A DNA stretch of 64,000 nucleotides, taken from the human T2T-CHM13v2.0 reference genome, Homo sapiens. Where the stretch lies: the NCBI RefSeq assembly GCF_009914755.1, contig NC_060948.1, one strand, 5' to 3'. The number at the start of each line of letters is the position of its first letter. The stretch's first letter is position 1. Shown piece by piece: positions 11,571 to 26,100 of this stretch. The translations under genes and the position numbers were made by a program. A model generated the notes under the pieces. That model had not been told where the DNA came from, did no database searches, and saw nothing but the letters and a program-made list of their open reading frames with translations.

Positions 11571-14500
11571 ATCACAGAGAAGTTTCTCGGAATGTTTCTG
11601 TGTAGTTTTTATGTGAAGATATTGCCTTTTCCACAATAGGCCTCAAAGCGTTCCAAATATCCAATTGCAGATTCCACAAAAAAAGTTTTTTAAAACTGCT
11701 CAATCAAATGATAGATTAAACTCTGTGAGATTAGTGCACACATGTCAAAAAAGTTTCTCAGAATGCTTCTGTGTACTTTTTAGGGGAAGATATTTCCTTT
11801 TCCACCATCGGCCACAAAGGACTCCAAATAACCACATGCAGATTCTAGTAACACAGAGTTTCAAAACTGCTCTATCAAAAGATAAGTTCAACTCTGAGAG
11901 TTTAGTGCAACCATCGTGAAGAAGTTTCTCAGAATGCTTCTGAGTAGTGTTTATGTGAAGATATTTCCTTTTCCACCATAGGCCTGAAAGCCCTCCAAAT
12001 ATCCACTTGCAGATCCTACAAAAAGAAAGTTTCGAAATGCTCTCTCAAACGATAGTTTCGACTCTGTGGTACGAATACACACATCACAAAGAAGTTTCTC
12101 AGAATGCTTCTGTGTAGTTTTTAAATGAAGATATTTCTTTTTCCACCATAGGCCTCAAAGCACTCCAAATATGCACTTCCAGATTCTACAAAAAGAGTGT
12201 TTCAGAACTGCTCAATCAAAAGGAAGGTTCCAGTCTGAGACAAATACACACATCAAAAGGTAGTTTCTCAGAATGCTTCTGTGTAGTTTTTATGTGAAGA
12301 TATTTTCCTTTCCACCATAGGCCACAAATGGCTCTAAATACCCACTTACATTTTCCACAAAAAGAGAGTTTCAAAACTGCTCTACCAAAGGTAAGTTTAA
12401 CGCTGTGAGTTAAGAACATCACAAAGAAGTTTCTCAGAATGCTTCTGTGTAGTTCTTACGTAAAGATATTTCCTTTTACACAATAGGCAGAAAAGTGCTC
12501 CAAATATCCACTTGAAGATTCTACAAAAACCGTGTTTCAAAACTGCCGAATCAAAAGAAAGGTTCAACTCTGTGAGATGAATGCACACATAACAAAGGAG
12601 TTTCTCAGAATGCTTCTGTGTAGCTTTTATATGAAGACATTTAGTTTTCCACAACAGGCCTCAAAGCTCTCTCCATATCCACTTGCAGATTCTACCGAAA
12701 GAGTGCTTCCAAACTGCTCAATCAAAAGAGACATTCAAATCTGTGAGGTGAATGCAGACATCGTAAAGAAGTTTCTCAGAATGCTTCTGTGTATTTTTTG
12801 TGTGAAGTTATTCGTTTTTGCACCATAGGCCTCCAAGCGTTCTAAATATCCACTTCTAGATTCTACAAAAAGAGAGTTTCAAAACTACTCAAACAAAAGG
12901 TTCAATTCTGTGAGTTGAAAGCAAACATCACAAAGAAGTTTCTCAGAATGCGTCTGTGTAGTTTTGATGTGAAGATATTTCCTTTTCACAGTAGAATGCA
13001 AAGGGCTCCAAATATCCACTTGGAGATTCTACAAAAAGAGTTTCAAAACCGCTCTGTCAAATGATAGGTTGAACTCCCGGAGGTGAATACACACATCACA
13101 AAGAGGTTTCTCAGCATGCTTCTGTGTAGTTTTTATGTAAACATATTTCCGTTTCTATCATAGGCCTCAAAGTGCTCCAAATATTCACTTGTACATTCTA
13201 CCAAACGAGTATTTCAAAACTGCTCAATCAAACGGAAGGTTCAAAACCGTGACATGAATGCCCACATCACAAAGTAGTTTCTCAGAATGCTTCTGTGTAG
13301 TTTTTATGTGAAGATATTTCCTTTTCCACAACAGCGTGCAAAACGCTTCAAATATGCCCTTAGAGATTCCACAAAAAGAGTGTTTCCAAACTACTCAAAT
13401 CAAAAAATGATTTCAACTCTGTGAGATGAATGCACACATCACAAACTAGTTTCTCAGAATGTTTCTGCCTGGTTCTCATGCGAAGATAGTTCCTTTTTCA
13501 CCATAGGCCGCAATGTACTCCAAATATCCACCTGCAGATTCTACAAAAGTGAGTTTCAAAACTGCTCTATCAAAAGATCAGTTCGTCTCTGTGAGTTGAA
13601 TGCATACATCAAAAAGAAGCTTCTCAAAATGCTTCTGTGTGGTTTTTCGGTGAAGATAGTTCTTTTTCTACCATAGGTCTCAAACCACTCCAAATATCCA
13701 CTTGTAGATTCTATAAAAAGGAATGTTCAAAATTGCTCAATAAAAATAAAGTTTCAACACCGTGAGATGAGTGCACAAATCACAAAGGAGTTTCTCAAAA
13801 TGCTTCTGGGTAGTTTTTCTGTGAAGATAGTTCCTTTTCTACCATGGGCCACAAAGGGCTCCAAATACCCACTTGCAGATTCTACAAAAAGAGAGTTTCA
13901 CAACTGCTCTATCAAACAATATGTTCAACTTTGTGGGTTGAACACAAATATCACAAGAATTTTCTCCCAATGCTTCTGTGTAGTTTTTATGTGAAGACAT
14001 TTCTTTTCCCTCCATAGTCCACAAAGTGCTCCAAATATCCACTTACATATTCTAGAAAAAGATTGCTTGGAAACTGCACAATGAAAAGAAAGGTTCAAAT
14101 ATATGAGATGAATGCACACATCACAAAGAAGTTTCTCAGAATCTCTCTGTGTAATTTTTATGTGAAGATATTTCCTTTCCCACCTTAGGTCTTAAAACGC
14201 TCCAAATATCCACTTGCAGATACTACAAGAAGATTGTTTCAAAACTGCACAAAAAAAGAAATGTTCAATTCTGTTTGATGAATGCACACATCACAAAGAA
14301 GTTTCTCAGAATGCTTCTCTGTAGTTTTTATGTGAAGATATTTCCTTTTCCACAATAGGCCTCAAAGGGCTCCAAATATCCACTTCCAGATTCTATGAAA
14401 AGAATATTTCCAAACTGCTCAATCATAGGAAATGTTCAACTCTGTGAGATGAATGCACACATCACAAGAAATTTCTCAGAATCCTTCAGTGTAGGTTTTA

Positions 14501-17355
14501 TGAGAAGATAATTCCTTTTCCACAATAGTTCTCAAAGCACTCAAAATATCCACTTGCAGATTCTACAAAAGGAGTATTTCAAAACTGCTCAATCAAAAGA
14601 AAGGTTCAACTCTGTGAGATGAATGGACACATCACAAAGAAGTTTCTCAGAATGCTTCTGTGTAGTATTTTTGTGAAGATATTTCTTTTCCACCATAGAC
14701 CGCCAGGGGACACAAATATCCACTTTCAGATTCTACAACAAGAGAGGTTCAAAACTACTCGATCAAGAGATGGTTTCAACTATGTGAGTTGAATGCACAC
14801 ATCACAAAGAACTATGTCGGAATTCTTCTGTGTAGTTTTTATGTGAAGATATTTCCTTTTCCACAATAGACGTCAAAGTGATCCAGATATCCACTTGCAG
14901 ATTCCACAAAAAGAGTGTTTCAAAAGTGCACAACCAAAAGAAAGGTTCAACTAGGTGAGATGAATGCACACATCAGAAGGAAGTTTCTCAGAATGCTTCT
15001 GCATAGCTTTTAAGGGAAGATACTTCCTTTTCCAACATAGGCCTCAAAGCACTCCAAATATCCTCCTGGAGATACCACAAAAAGAGTGTTTGCAAACTGC
15101 TCAATCAAAAGAAAGATTTAACTCTGTGAGATGAATCCACACATGACAAAGAAGTTTCTCAGAATGCTTCTGTGTAGTTTTTATGTGAAGATATTTCCTT
15201 TTCCACAATAAGACCCAAAAGGCTCCAAATATTCACTTGCAGATTCTAAAAAAAACAGTGTTTCAAAACTGCTCAATCAAAAGATAGTTCAACTCTGTGA
15301 GAAGAATGCTCACATCACTGAGAAGTTTCTCAGAATGCTTCTGTGTAGTTTTTATATGAAGATATTTCCTTTCCCACCGTAGGCCACAAAAGGCTCCAAA
15401 TATCCACTTGCAGATACTATGAAAAGAGAGTTTCAAAACTGCTCATTCAAAAGATAGGTTCAACTCTGTGGTTTGAATGCACACAGCACAAAGAAGTTTC
15501 ACAGAATGTGTCTGTGTAGTTTTTATGTGCGGATGTTTCCTTTTCCACCATATGCCTAAATATTTCCCAATTTCCACTTGCAGATTCCACAAGAAGAGTG
15601 TTTCAAAACTGCTGTATCAAATAAAGTTGAACTCTGTGAGGTGAATGCACACAGCACAAAATGGTTTCTCAGAATGCTTCCTTGTTGTTTTTATATGAAG
15701 ATGTTTCCTTTTCAACAATAGGCCTCAAAGTGCTTCAAATGTCCACTTGCAGATTCTACAAAAAGAGTGTTTCAAAACTGCTCAATCAAAAGAAAGGTTC
15801 GACTCTGGGAAATTAATGCACACATCACAAAGAAGTTTCTCAGCTTCTGTGTAGTTTTCATGTGAAGTTATTTCCTTTTCCACAATAGGCCGCAAAGGGC
15901 TCCAAATATCAACTTACAGATTCTAGGAAAAGAGAGTTTCAAAACTGCTCTACGAAAAGATAGGTTGAACTCTGTGAGATGAATGCACACATCACAAAGA
16001 AGTTTCTCAGAATGCATCTGTGTAGTTTTTACGGGAAGACATTTCCTTTTCCACCATCTTCCACAAAGGTCTCCAAGTAACCACTTGCAGATTCTACAGA
16101 AAGACACTTTAAAAACTGCTCTATCAAAAGATCAGTTCAAGTCTGTGGTTTGAATGCACACATCACAAAGAATTTTCTCAGAATGCTTCTGTGTAGTTTT
16201 CATATGAAGATATTTCCTTTTCCACCATAGGCCTCAAAGCACTCCAAATATCCACTTGCAGATTCTACAAAAAGAGATTTTCAAAACTAGTCAATCAAAA
16301 GAAAGGTTCAACTCTGTCAGTTGAATGCACATATCACAAACAAGTTTCTCGGAATGCGTCTGTGTAGTTTTTATGTGAAGATATTTCCTTCTCCACAACA
16401 GGCCTCAAAGTGCTCCGAATATCCACTTGCAGATTTTACTAAAGAGTGTTTCCAAACTGCTCAATCAAGAGGAAGTTTCAAGTCTGTGAGCTGAACGCAC
16501 ACATCACAAAGTAGTTTCTGAGAATGCTTCTGTGTAGTTTTTATGTGAAGATGTTTCCTTTTCCACCATAGGCTGCAAAGGGCTCCAAATATCCACTTGC
16601 AGATTCTACAAAAAGAGAGTTTCAAAAGTGCTCTATCAAAAGATAGGTTCAACTATGTGATATGAATGCACACATCACAAAGTAGTTTCTCAGAATGCTT
16701 CTGTGTAGTTTTTATGTAAAGATATTTCCTTTTCCACCATAGGCCTCAAAGCACTCCAAATATCCACTTGCAGATTCTACAAAAAGAGATTTTCAAAACT
16801 ATTTAATCAAAAGAAAGGTTCAAATCTGTCAGTTGAAGGTACATATCACAAACAAGTTTATTGGAATGCTTCTGTGTAGTTTTTATGTGAAGATATTTCC
16901 TTTTCCACAACAGGCCTCAAGGTGCTCCAAATATCCACTTGCAGATTTCACTAAAAGTGTGTTTCCAAGCTGCTCAATCAAGAGGAAGTTTCAAGTCTGT
17001 GAGGTGAATGCACACATTACAAAGAAGTTACTGAGAATGCTTCTGTGTAGTTTTTATGTGAAGATATTTCCTTTTCCACCGCAGGCCTCAAAGCGCTGCA
17101 AATATCCACTTGCAGATTCTACAAAAAGAGAGTTTCAAAACTGCTGTATCAAAAGATAGGGTCAACTCTGCGAGTTGAATAAACACATCACAAATAAGTT
17201 CCTGGGAACGCTTCTGTATAGTTTTATGTGAATATATTTCCTTTTCCACCATATGCCTCAAAGCACTCCAAATATCCACTTGCACATTATAGAAACATAG
17301 TCTTTCAAAACTTGTCAATCAAAGAAAGGTTCAACTCCGTGAGATGAGTGCACAC
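11571..17355 (-). repeat. HOR copy 3
   Basis: Exact period. Shares C12072, C13233 and C17201 with copy 1. Confidence 0.97.
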
Positions 17356-20300
17356 ATCACAGAGAAGTTTCTCGGAATGTTTCTGTGTAGTTTTTATGTG
17401 AAGATATTGCCTTTTCCACAATAGGCCTCAAAGCGTTCCAAATATCCAATTGCAGATTCCACAAAAAAAGTTTTTTAAAACTGCTCAATCAAATGATAGA
17501 TTAAACTCTGTGAGATTAGTGCACACATGTCAAAAAAGTTTCTCAGAATGCTTCTGTGTACTTTTTAGGGGAAGATATTTCCTTTTCCACCATCGGCCAC
17601 AAAGGACTCCAAATAACCACATGCAGATTCTAGTAACACAGAGTTTCAAAACTGCTCTATCAAAAGATAAGTTCAACTCTGAGAGTTTAGTGCAACCATC
17701 GTGAAGAAGTTTCTCAGAATGCTTCTGAGTAGTGTTTATGTGAAGATATTTCCTTTTCCACCATAGGCCTGAAAGCCCTCCAAATATCCACTTGCAGATC
17801 CTACAAAAAGAAAGTTTCGAAATGCTCTCTCAAACGATAGTTTCGACTCTGTGGTATGAATACACACATCACAAAGAAGTTTCTCAGAATGCTTCTGTGT
17901 AGTTTTTAAATGAAGATATTTCTTTTTCCACCATAGGCCTCAAAGCACTCCAAATATGCACTTCCAGATTCTACAAAAAGAGTGTTTCAGAACTGCTCAA
18001 TCAAAAGGAAGGTTCCAGTCTGAGACAAATACACACATCAAAAGGTAGTTTCTCAGAATGCTTCTGTGTAGTTTTTATGTGAAGATATTTTCCTTTCCAC
18101 CATAGGCCACAAATGGCTCTAAATACCCACTTACATTTTCCACAAAAAGAGAGTTTCAAAACTGCTCTACCAAAGGTAAGTTTAACGCTGTGAGTTAAGA
18201 ACATCACAAAGAAGTTTCTCAGAATGCTTCTGTGTAGTTCTTACGTAAAGATATTTCCTTTTACACAATAGGCAGAAAAGTGCTCCAAATATCCACTTGA
18301 AGATTCTACAAAAACCGTGTTTCAAAACTGCCGAATCAAAAGAAAGGTTCAACTCTGTGAGATGAATGCACACATAACAAAGGAGTTTCTCAGAATGCTT
18401 CTGTGTAGCTTTTATATGAAGACATTTAGTTTTCCACAACAGGCCTCAAAGCTCTCTCCATATCCACTTGCAGATTCTACCGAAAGAGTGCTTCCAAACT
18501 GCTCAATCAAAAGAGACATTCAAATCTGTGAGGTGAATGCAGACATCGTAAAGAAGTTTCTCAGAATGCTTCTGTGTATTTTTTGTGTGAAGTTATTCGT
18601 TTTTGCACCATAGGCCTCCAAGCGTTCTAAATATCCACTTCTAGATTCTACAAAAAGAGAGTTTCAAAACTACTCAAACAAAAGGTTCAATTCTGTGAGT
18701 TGAAAGCAAACATCACAAAGAAGTTTCTCAGAATGCGTCTGTGTAGTTTTGATGTGAAGATATTTCCTTTTCACAGTAGAATGCAAAGGGCTCCAAATAT
18801 CCACTTGGAGATTCTACAAAAAGAGTTTCAAAACCGCTCTGTCAAATGATAGGTTGAACTCCCGGAGGTGAATACACACATCACAAAGAGGTTTCTCAGC
18901 ATGCTTCTGTGTAGTTTTTATGTAAACATATTTCCGTTTCTATCATAGGCCTCAAAGTGCTCCAAATATTCACTTGTACATTCTACCAAACGAGTATTTC
19001 AAAACTGCTCAATCAAATGGAAGGTTCAAAACCGTGACATGAATGCCCACATCACAAAGTAGTTTCTCAGAATGCTTCTGTGTAGTTTTTATGTGAAGAT
19101 ATTTCCTTTTCCACAACAGCGTGCAAAACGCTTCAAATATGCCCTTAGAGATTCCACAAAAAGAGTGTTTCCAAACTACTCAAATCAAAAAATGATTTCA
19201 ACTCTGTGAGATGAATGCACACATCACAAACTAGTTTCTCAGAATGTTTCTGCCTGGTTCTCATGCGAAGATAGTTCCTTTTTCACCATAGGCCGCAATG
19301 TACTCCAAATATCCACCTGCAGATTCTACAAAAGTGAGTTTCAAAACTGCTCTATCAAAAGATCAGTTCGTCTCTGTGAGTTGAATGCATACATCAAAAA
19401 GAAGCTTCTCAAAATGCTTCTGTGTGGTTTTTCGGTGAAGATAGTTCTTTTTCTACCATAGGTCTCAAACCACTCCAAATATCCACTTGTAGATTCTATA
19501 AAAAGGAATGTTCAAAATTGCTCAATAAAAATAAAGTTTCAACACCGTGAGATGAGTGCACAAATCACAAAGGAGTTTCTCAAAATGCTTCTGGGTAGTT
19601 TTTCTGTGAAGATAGTTCCTTTTCTACCATGGGCCACAAAGGGCTCCAAATACCCACTTGCAGATTCTACAAAAAGAGAGTTTCACAACTGCTCTATCAA
19701 ACAATATGTTCAACTTTGTGGGTTGAACACAAATATCACAAGAATTTTCTCCCAATGCTTCTGTGTAGTTTTTATGTGAAGACATTTCTTTTCCCTCCAT
19801 AGTCCACAAAGTGCTCCAAATATCCACTTACATATTCTAGAAAAAGATTGCTTGGAAACTGCACAATGAAAAGAAAGGTTCAAATATATGAGATGAATGC
19901 ACACATCACAAAGAAGTTTCTCAGAATCTCTCTGTGTAATTTTTATGTGAAGATATTTCCTTTCCCACCTTAGGTCTTAAAACGCTCCAAATATCCACTT
20001 GCAGATACTACAAGAAGATTGTTTCAAAACTGCACAAAAAAAGAAATGTTCAATTCTGTTTGATGAATGCACACATCACAAAGAAGTTTCTCAGAATGCT
20101 TCTCTGTAGTTTTTATGTGAAGATATTTCCTTTTCCACAATAGGCCTCAAAGGGCTCCAAATATCCACTTCCAGATTCTATGAAAAGAATATTTCCAAAC
20201 TGCTCAATCATAGGAAATGTTCAACTCTGTGAGATGAATGCACACATCACAAGAAATTTCTCAGAATCCTTCAGTGTAGGTTTTATGAGAAGACAATTCC

Positions 20301-23140
20301 TTTTCCACAATAGTTCTCAAAGCACTCAAAATATCCACTTGCAGATTCTACAAAAGGAGTATTTCAAAACTGCTCAATCAAAAGAAAGGTTCAACTCTGT
20401 GAGATGAATGGACACATCACAAAGAAGTTTCTCAGAATGCTTCTGTGTAGTATTTTTGTGAAGATATTTCTTTTCCACCATAGACCGCCAGGGGACACAA
20501 ATATCCACTTTCAGATTCTACAACAAGAGAGGTTCAAAACTACTCGATCAAGAGATGGTTTCAACTATGTGAGTTGAATGCACACATCACAAAGAACTAT
20601 GTCGGAATTCTTCTGTGTAGTTTTTATGTGAAGATATTTCCTTTTCCACAATAGACGTCAAAGTGATCCAGATATCCACTTGCAGATTCCACAAAAAGAG
20701 TGTTTCAAAAGTGCACAACCAAAAGAAAGGTTCAACTAGGTGAGATGAATGCACACATCAGAAGGAAGTTTCTCAGAATGCTTCTGCATAGCTTTTAAGG
20801 GAAGATACTTCCTTTTCCAACATAGGCCTCAAAGCACTCCAAATATCCTCCTGGAGATACCACAAAAAGAGTGTTTGCAAACTGCTCAATCAAAAGAAAG
20901 ATTTAACTCTGTGAGATGAATCCACACATGACAAAGAAGTTTCTCAGAATGCTTCTGTGTAGTTTTTATGTGAAGATATTTCCTTTTCCACAATAAGACC
21001 CAAAAGGCTCCAAATATTCACTTGCAGATTCTAAAAAAAACAGTGTTTCAAAACTGCTCAATCAAAAGATAGTTCAACTCTGTGAGAAGAATGCTCACAT
21101 CACTGAGAAGTTTCTCAGAATGCTTCTGTGTAGTTTTTATATGAAGATATTTCCTTTCCCACCGTAGGCCACAAAAGGCTCCAAATATCCACTTGCAGAT
21201 ACTATGAAAAGAGAGTTTCAAAACTGCTCATTCAAAAGATAGGTTCAACTCTGTGGTTTGAATGCACACAGCACAAAGAAGTTTCACAGAATGTGTCTGT
21301 GTAGTTTTTATGTGCGGATGTTTCCTTTTCCACCATATGCCTAAATATTTCCCAATTTCCACTTGCAGATTCCACAAGAAGAGTGTTTCAAAACTGCTGT
21401 ATCAAATAAAGTTGAACTCTGTGAGGTGAATGCACACAGCACAAAATGGTTTCTCAGAATGCTTCCTTGTTGTTTTTATATGAAGATGTTTCCTTTTCAA
21501 CAATAGGCCTCAAAGTGCTTCAAATGTCCACTTGCAGATTCTACCAAAAGAGTGTTTCAAAACTGCTCAATCAAAAGAAAGGTTCGACTCTGGGAAATTA
21601 ATGCACACATCACAAAGAAGTTTCTCAGCTTCTGTGTAGTTTTCATGTGAAGTTATTTCCTTTTCCACAATAGGCCGCAAAGGGCTCCAAATATCAACTT
21701 ACAGATTCTAGGAAAAGAGAGTTTCAAAACTGCTCTACGAAAAGATAGGTTGAACTCTGTGAGATGAATGCACACATCACAAAGAAGTTTCTCAGAATGC
21801 ATCTGTGTAGTTTTTACGGGAAGACATTTCCTTTTCCACCATCTTCCACAAAGGTCTCCAAGTAACCACTTGCAGATTCTACAGAAAGACACTTTAAAAA
21901 CTGCTCTATCAAAAGATCAGTTCAAGTCTGTGGTTTGAATGCACACATCACAAAGAATTTTCTCAGAATGCTTCTGTGTAGTTTTCATATGAAGATATTT
22001 CCTTTTCCACCATAGGCCTCAAAGCACTCCAAATATCCACTTGCAGATTCTACAAAAAGAGATTTTCAAAACTAGTCAATCAAAAGAAAGGTTCAACTCT
22101 GTCAGTTGAATGCACATATCACAAACAAGTTTCTCGGAATGCGTCTGTGTAGTTTTTATGTGAAGATATTTCCTTCTCCACAACAGGCCTCAAAGTGCTC
22201 CGAATATCCACTTGCAGATTTTACTAAAGAGTGTTTCCAAACTGCTCAATCAAGAGGAAGTTTCAAGTCTGTGAGCTGAACGCACACATCACAAAGTAGT
22301 TTCTGAGAATGCTTCTGTGTAGTTTTTATGTGAAGATGTTTCCTTTTCCACCATAGGCTGCAAAGGGCTCCAAATATCCACTTGCAGATTCTACAAAAAG
22401 AGAGTTTCAAAAGTGCTCTATCAAAAGATAGGTTCAACTATGTGATATGAATGCACACATCACAAAGTAGTTTCTCAGAATGCTTCTGTGTAGTTTTTAT
22501 GTAAAGATATTTCCTTTTCCACCATAGGCCTCAAAGCACTCCAAATATCCACTTGCAGATTCTACAAAAAGAGATTTTCAAAACTATTTAATCAAAAGAA
22601 AGGTTCAAATCTGTCAGTTGAAGGTACATATCACAAACAAGTTTATTGGAATGCTTCTGTGTAGTTTTTATGTGAAGATATTTCCTTTTCCACAACAGGC
22701 CTCAAGGTGCTCCAAATATCCACTTGCAGATTTCACTAAAAGTGTGTTTCCAAGCTGCTCAATCAAGAGGAAGTTTCAAGTCTGTGAGGTGAATGCACAC
22801 ATTACAAAGAAGTTACTGAGAATGCTTCTGTGTAGTTTTTATGTGAAGATATTTCCTTTTCCACCGCAGGCCTCAAAGCGCTGCAAATATCCACTTGCAG
22901 ATTCTACAAAAAGAGAGTTTCAAAACTGCTGTATCAAAAGATAGGGTCAACTCTGCGAGTTGAATAAACACATCACAAATAAGTTTCTGGGAACGCTTCT
23001 GTATAGTTTTATGTGAATATATTTCCTTTTCCACCATATGCCTCAAAGCACTCCAAATATCCACTTGCACATTATAGAAACATAGTCTTTCAAAACTTGT
23101 CAATCAAAGAAAGGTTCAACTCCGTGAGATGAGTGCACAC
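17356..23140 (-). repeat. HOR copy 4
   Basis: Exact period. Private C20294; C21545 shared with copy 6. Confidence 0.97.
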
Positions 23141-26100
23141 ATCACAGAGAAGTTTCTCGGAATGTTTCTGTGTAGTTTTTATGTGAAGATATTGCCTTTT
23201 CCACAATAGGCCTCAAAGCGTTCCAAATATCCAATTGCAGATTCCACAAAAAAAGTTTTTTAAAACTGCTCAATCAAATGATAGATTAAACTCTGTGAGA
23301 TTAGTGCACACATGTCAAAAAAGTTTCTCAGAATGCTTCTGTGTACTTTTTAGGGGAAGATATTTCCTTTTCCACCATCGGCCACAAAGGACTCCAAATA
23401 ACCACATGCAGATTCTAGTAACACAGAGTTTCAAAACTGCTCTATCAAAAGATAAGTTCAACTCTGAGAGTTTAGTGCAACCATCGTGAAGAAGTTTCTC
23501 AGAATGCTTCTGAGTAGTGTTTATGTGAAGATATTTCCTTTTCCACCATAGGCCTGAAAGCCCTCCAAATATCCACTTGCAGATCCTACAAAAAGAAAGT
23601 TTCGAAATGCTCTCTCAAACGATAGTTTCGACTCTGTGGTATGAATACACACATCACAAAGAAGTTTCTCAGAATGCTTCTGTGTAGTTTTTAAATGAAG
23701 ATATTTCTTTTTCCACCATAGGCCTCAAAGCACTCCAAATATGCACTTCCAGATTCTACAAAAAGAGTGTTTCAGAACTGCTCAATCAAAAGGAAGGTTC
23801 CAGTCTGAGACAAATACACACATCAAAAGGTAGTTTCTCAGAATGCTTCTGTGTAGTTTTTATGTGAAGATATTTTCCTTTCCACCATAGGCCACAAATG
23901 GCTCTAAATACCCACTTACATTTTCCACAAAAAGAGAGTTTCAAAACTGCTCTACCAAAGGTAAGTTTAACGCTGTGAGTTAAGAACATCACAAAGAAGT
24001 TTCTCAGAATGCTTCTGTGTAGTTCTTACGTAAAGATATTTCCTTTTACACAATAGGCAGAAAAGTGCTCCAAATATCCACTTGAAGATTCTACAAAAAC
24101 CGTGTTTCAAAACTGCCGAATCAAAAGAAAGGTTCAACTCTGTGAGATGAATGCACACATAACAAAGGAGTTTCTCAGAATGCTTCTGTGTAGCTTTTAT
24201 ATGAAGACATTTAGTTTTCCACAACAGGCCTCAAAGCTCTCTCCATATCCACTTGCAGATTCTACCGAAAGAGTGCTTCCAAACTGCTCAATCAAAAGAG
24301 ACATTCAAATCTGTGAGGTGAATGCAGACATCGTAAAGAAGTTTCTCAGAATGCTTCTGTGTATTTTTTGTGTGAAGTTATTCGTTTTTGCACCATAGGC
24401 CTCCAAGCGTTCTAAATATCCACTTCTAGATTCTACAAAAAGAGAGTTTCAAAACTACTCAAACAAAAGGTTCAATTCTGTGAGTTGAAAGCAAACATCA
24501 CAAAGAAGTTTCTCAGAATGCGTCTGTGTAGTTTTGATGTGAAGATATTTCCTTTTCACAGTAGAATGCAAAGGGCTCCAAATATCCACTTGGAGATTCT
24601 ACAAAAAGAGTTTCAAAACCGCTCTGTCAAATGATAGGTTGAACTCCCGGAGGTGAATACACACATCACAAAGAGGTTTCTCAGCATGCTTCTGTGTAGT
24701 TTTTATGTAAACATATTTCCGTTTCTATCATAGGCCTCAAAGTGCTCCAAATATTCACTTGTACATTCTACCAAACGAGTATTTCAAAACTGCTCAATCA
24801 AACGGAAGGTTCAAAACCGTGACATGAATGCCCACATCACAAAGTAGTTTCTCAGAATGCTTCTGTGTAGTTTTTATGTGAAGATATTTCCTTTTCCACA
24901 ACAGCGTGCAAAACGCTTCAAATATGCCCTTAGAGATTCCACAAAAAGAGTGTTTCCAAACTACTCAAATCAAAAAATGATTTCAACTCTGTGAGATGAA
25001 TGCACACATCACAAACTAGTTTCTCAGAATGTTTCTGCCTGGTTCTCATGCGAAGATAGTTCCTTTTTCACCATAGGCCGCAATGTACTCCAAATATCCA
25101 CCTGCAGATTCTACAAAAGTGAGTTTCAAAACTGCTCTATCAAAAGATCAGTTCGTCTCTGTGAGTTGAATGCATACATCAAAAAGAAGCTTCTCAAAAT
25201 GCTTCTGTGTGGTTTTTCGGTGAAGATAGTTCTTTTTCTACCATAGGTCTCAAACCACTCCAAATATCCACTTGTAGATTCTATAAAAAGGAATGTTCAA
25301 AATTGCTCAATAAAAATAAAGTTTCAACACCGTGAGATGAGTGCACAAATCACAAAGGAGTTTCTCAAAATGCTTCTGGGTAGTTTTTCTGTGAAGATAG
25401 TTCCTTTTCTACCATGGGCCACAAAGGGCTCCAAATACCCACTTGCAGATTCTACAAAAAGAGAGTTTCACAACTGCTCTATCAAACAATATGTTCAACT
25501 TTGTGGGTTGAACACAAATATCACAAGAATTTTCTCCCAATGCTTCTGTGTAGTTTTTATGTGAAGACATTTCTTTTCCCTCCATAGTCCACAAAGTGCT
25601 CCAAATATCCACTTACATATTCTAGAAAAAGATTGCTTGGAAACTGCACAATGAAAAGAAAGGTTCAAATATATGAGATGAATGCACACATCACAAAGAA
25701 GTTTCTCAGAATCTCTCTGTGTAATTTTTATGTGAAGATATTTCCTTTCCCACCTTAGGTCTTAAAACGCTCCAAATATCCACTTGCAGATACTACAAGA
25801 AGATTGTTTCAAAACTGCACAAAAAAAGAAATGTTCAATTCTGTTTGATGAATGCACACATCACAAAGAAGTTTCTCAGAATGCTTCTCTGTAGTTTTTA
25901 TGTGAAGATATTTCCTTTTCCACAATAGGCCTCAAAGGGCTCCAAATATCCACTTCCAGATTCTATGAAAAGAATATTTCCAAACTGCTCAATCATAGGA
26001 AATGTTCAACTCTGTGAGATGAATGCACACATCACAAGAAATTTCTCAGAATCCTTCAGTGTAGGTTTTATGAGAAGATAATTCCTTTTCCACAATAGTT

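Noticed and set aside
20180-20407. ORF present only in HOR copy 4
   Set aside because: It arises from one private substitution (T to C at 20294) that turns a TAA stop into CAA. It is a chance read-through, not an insertion or gene.
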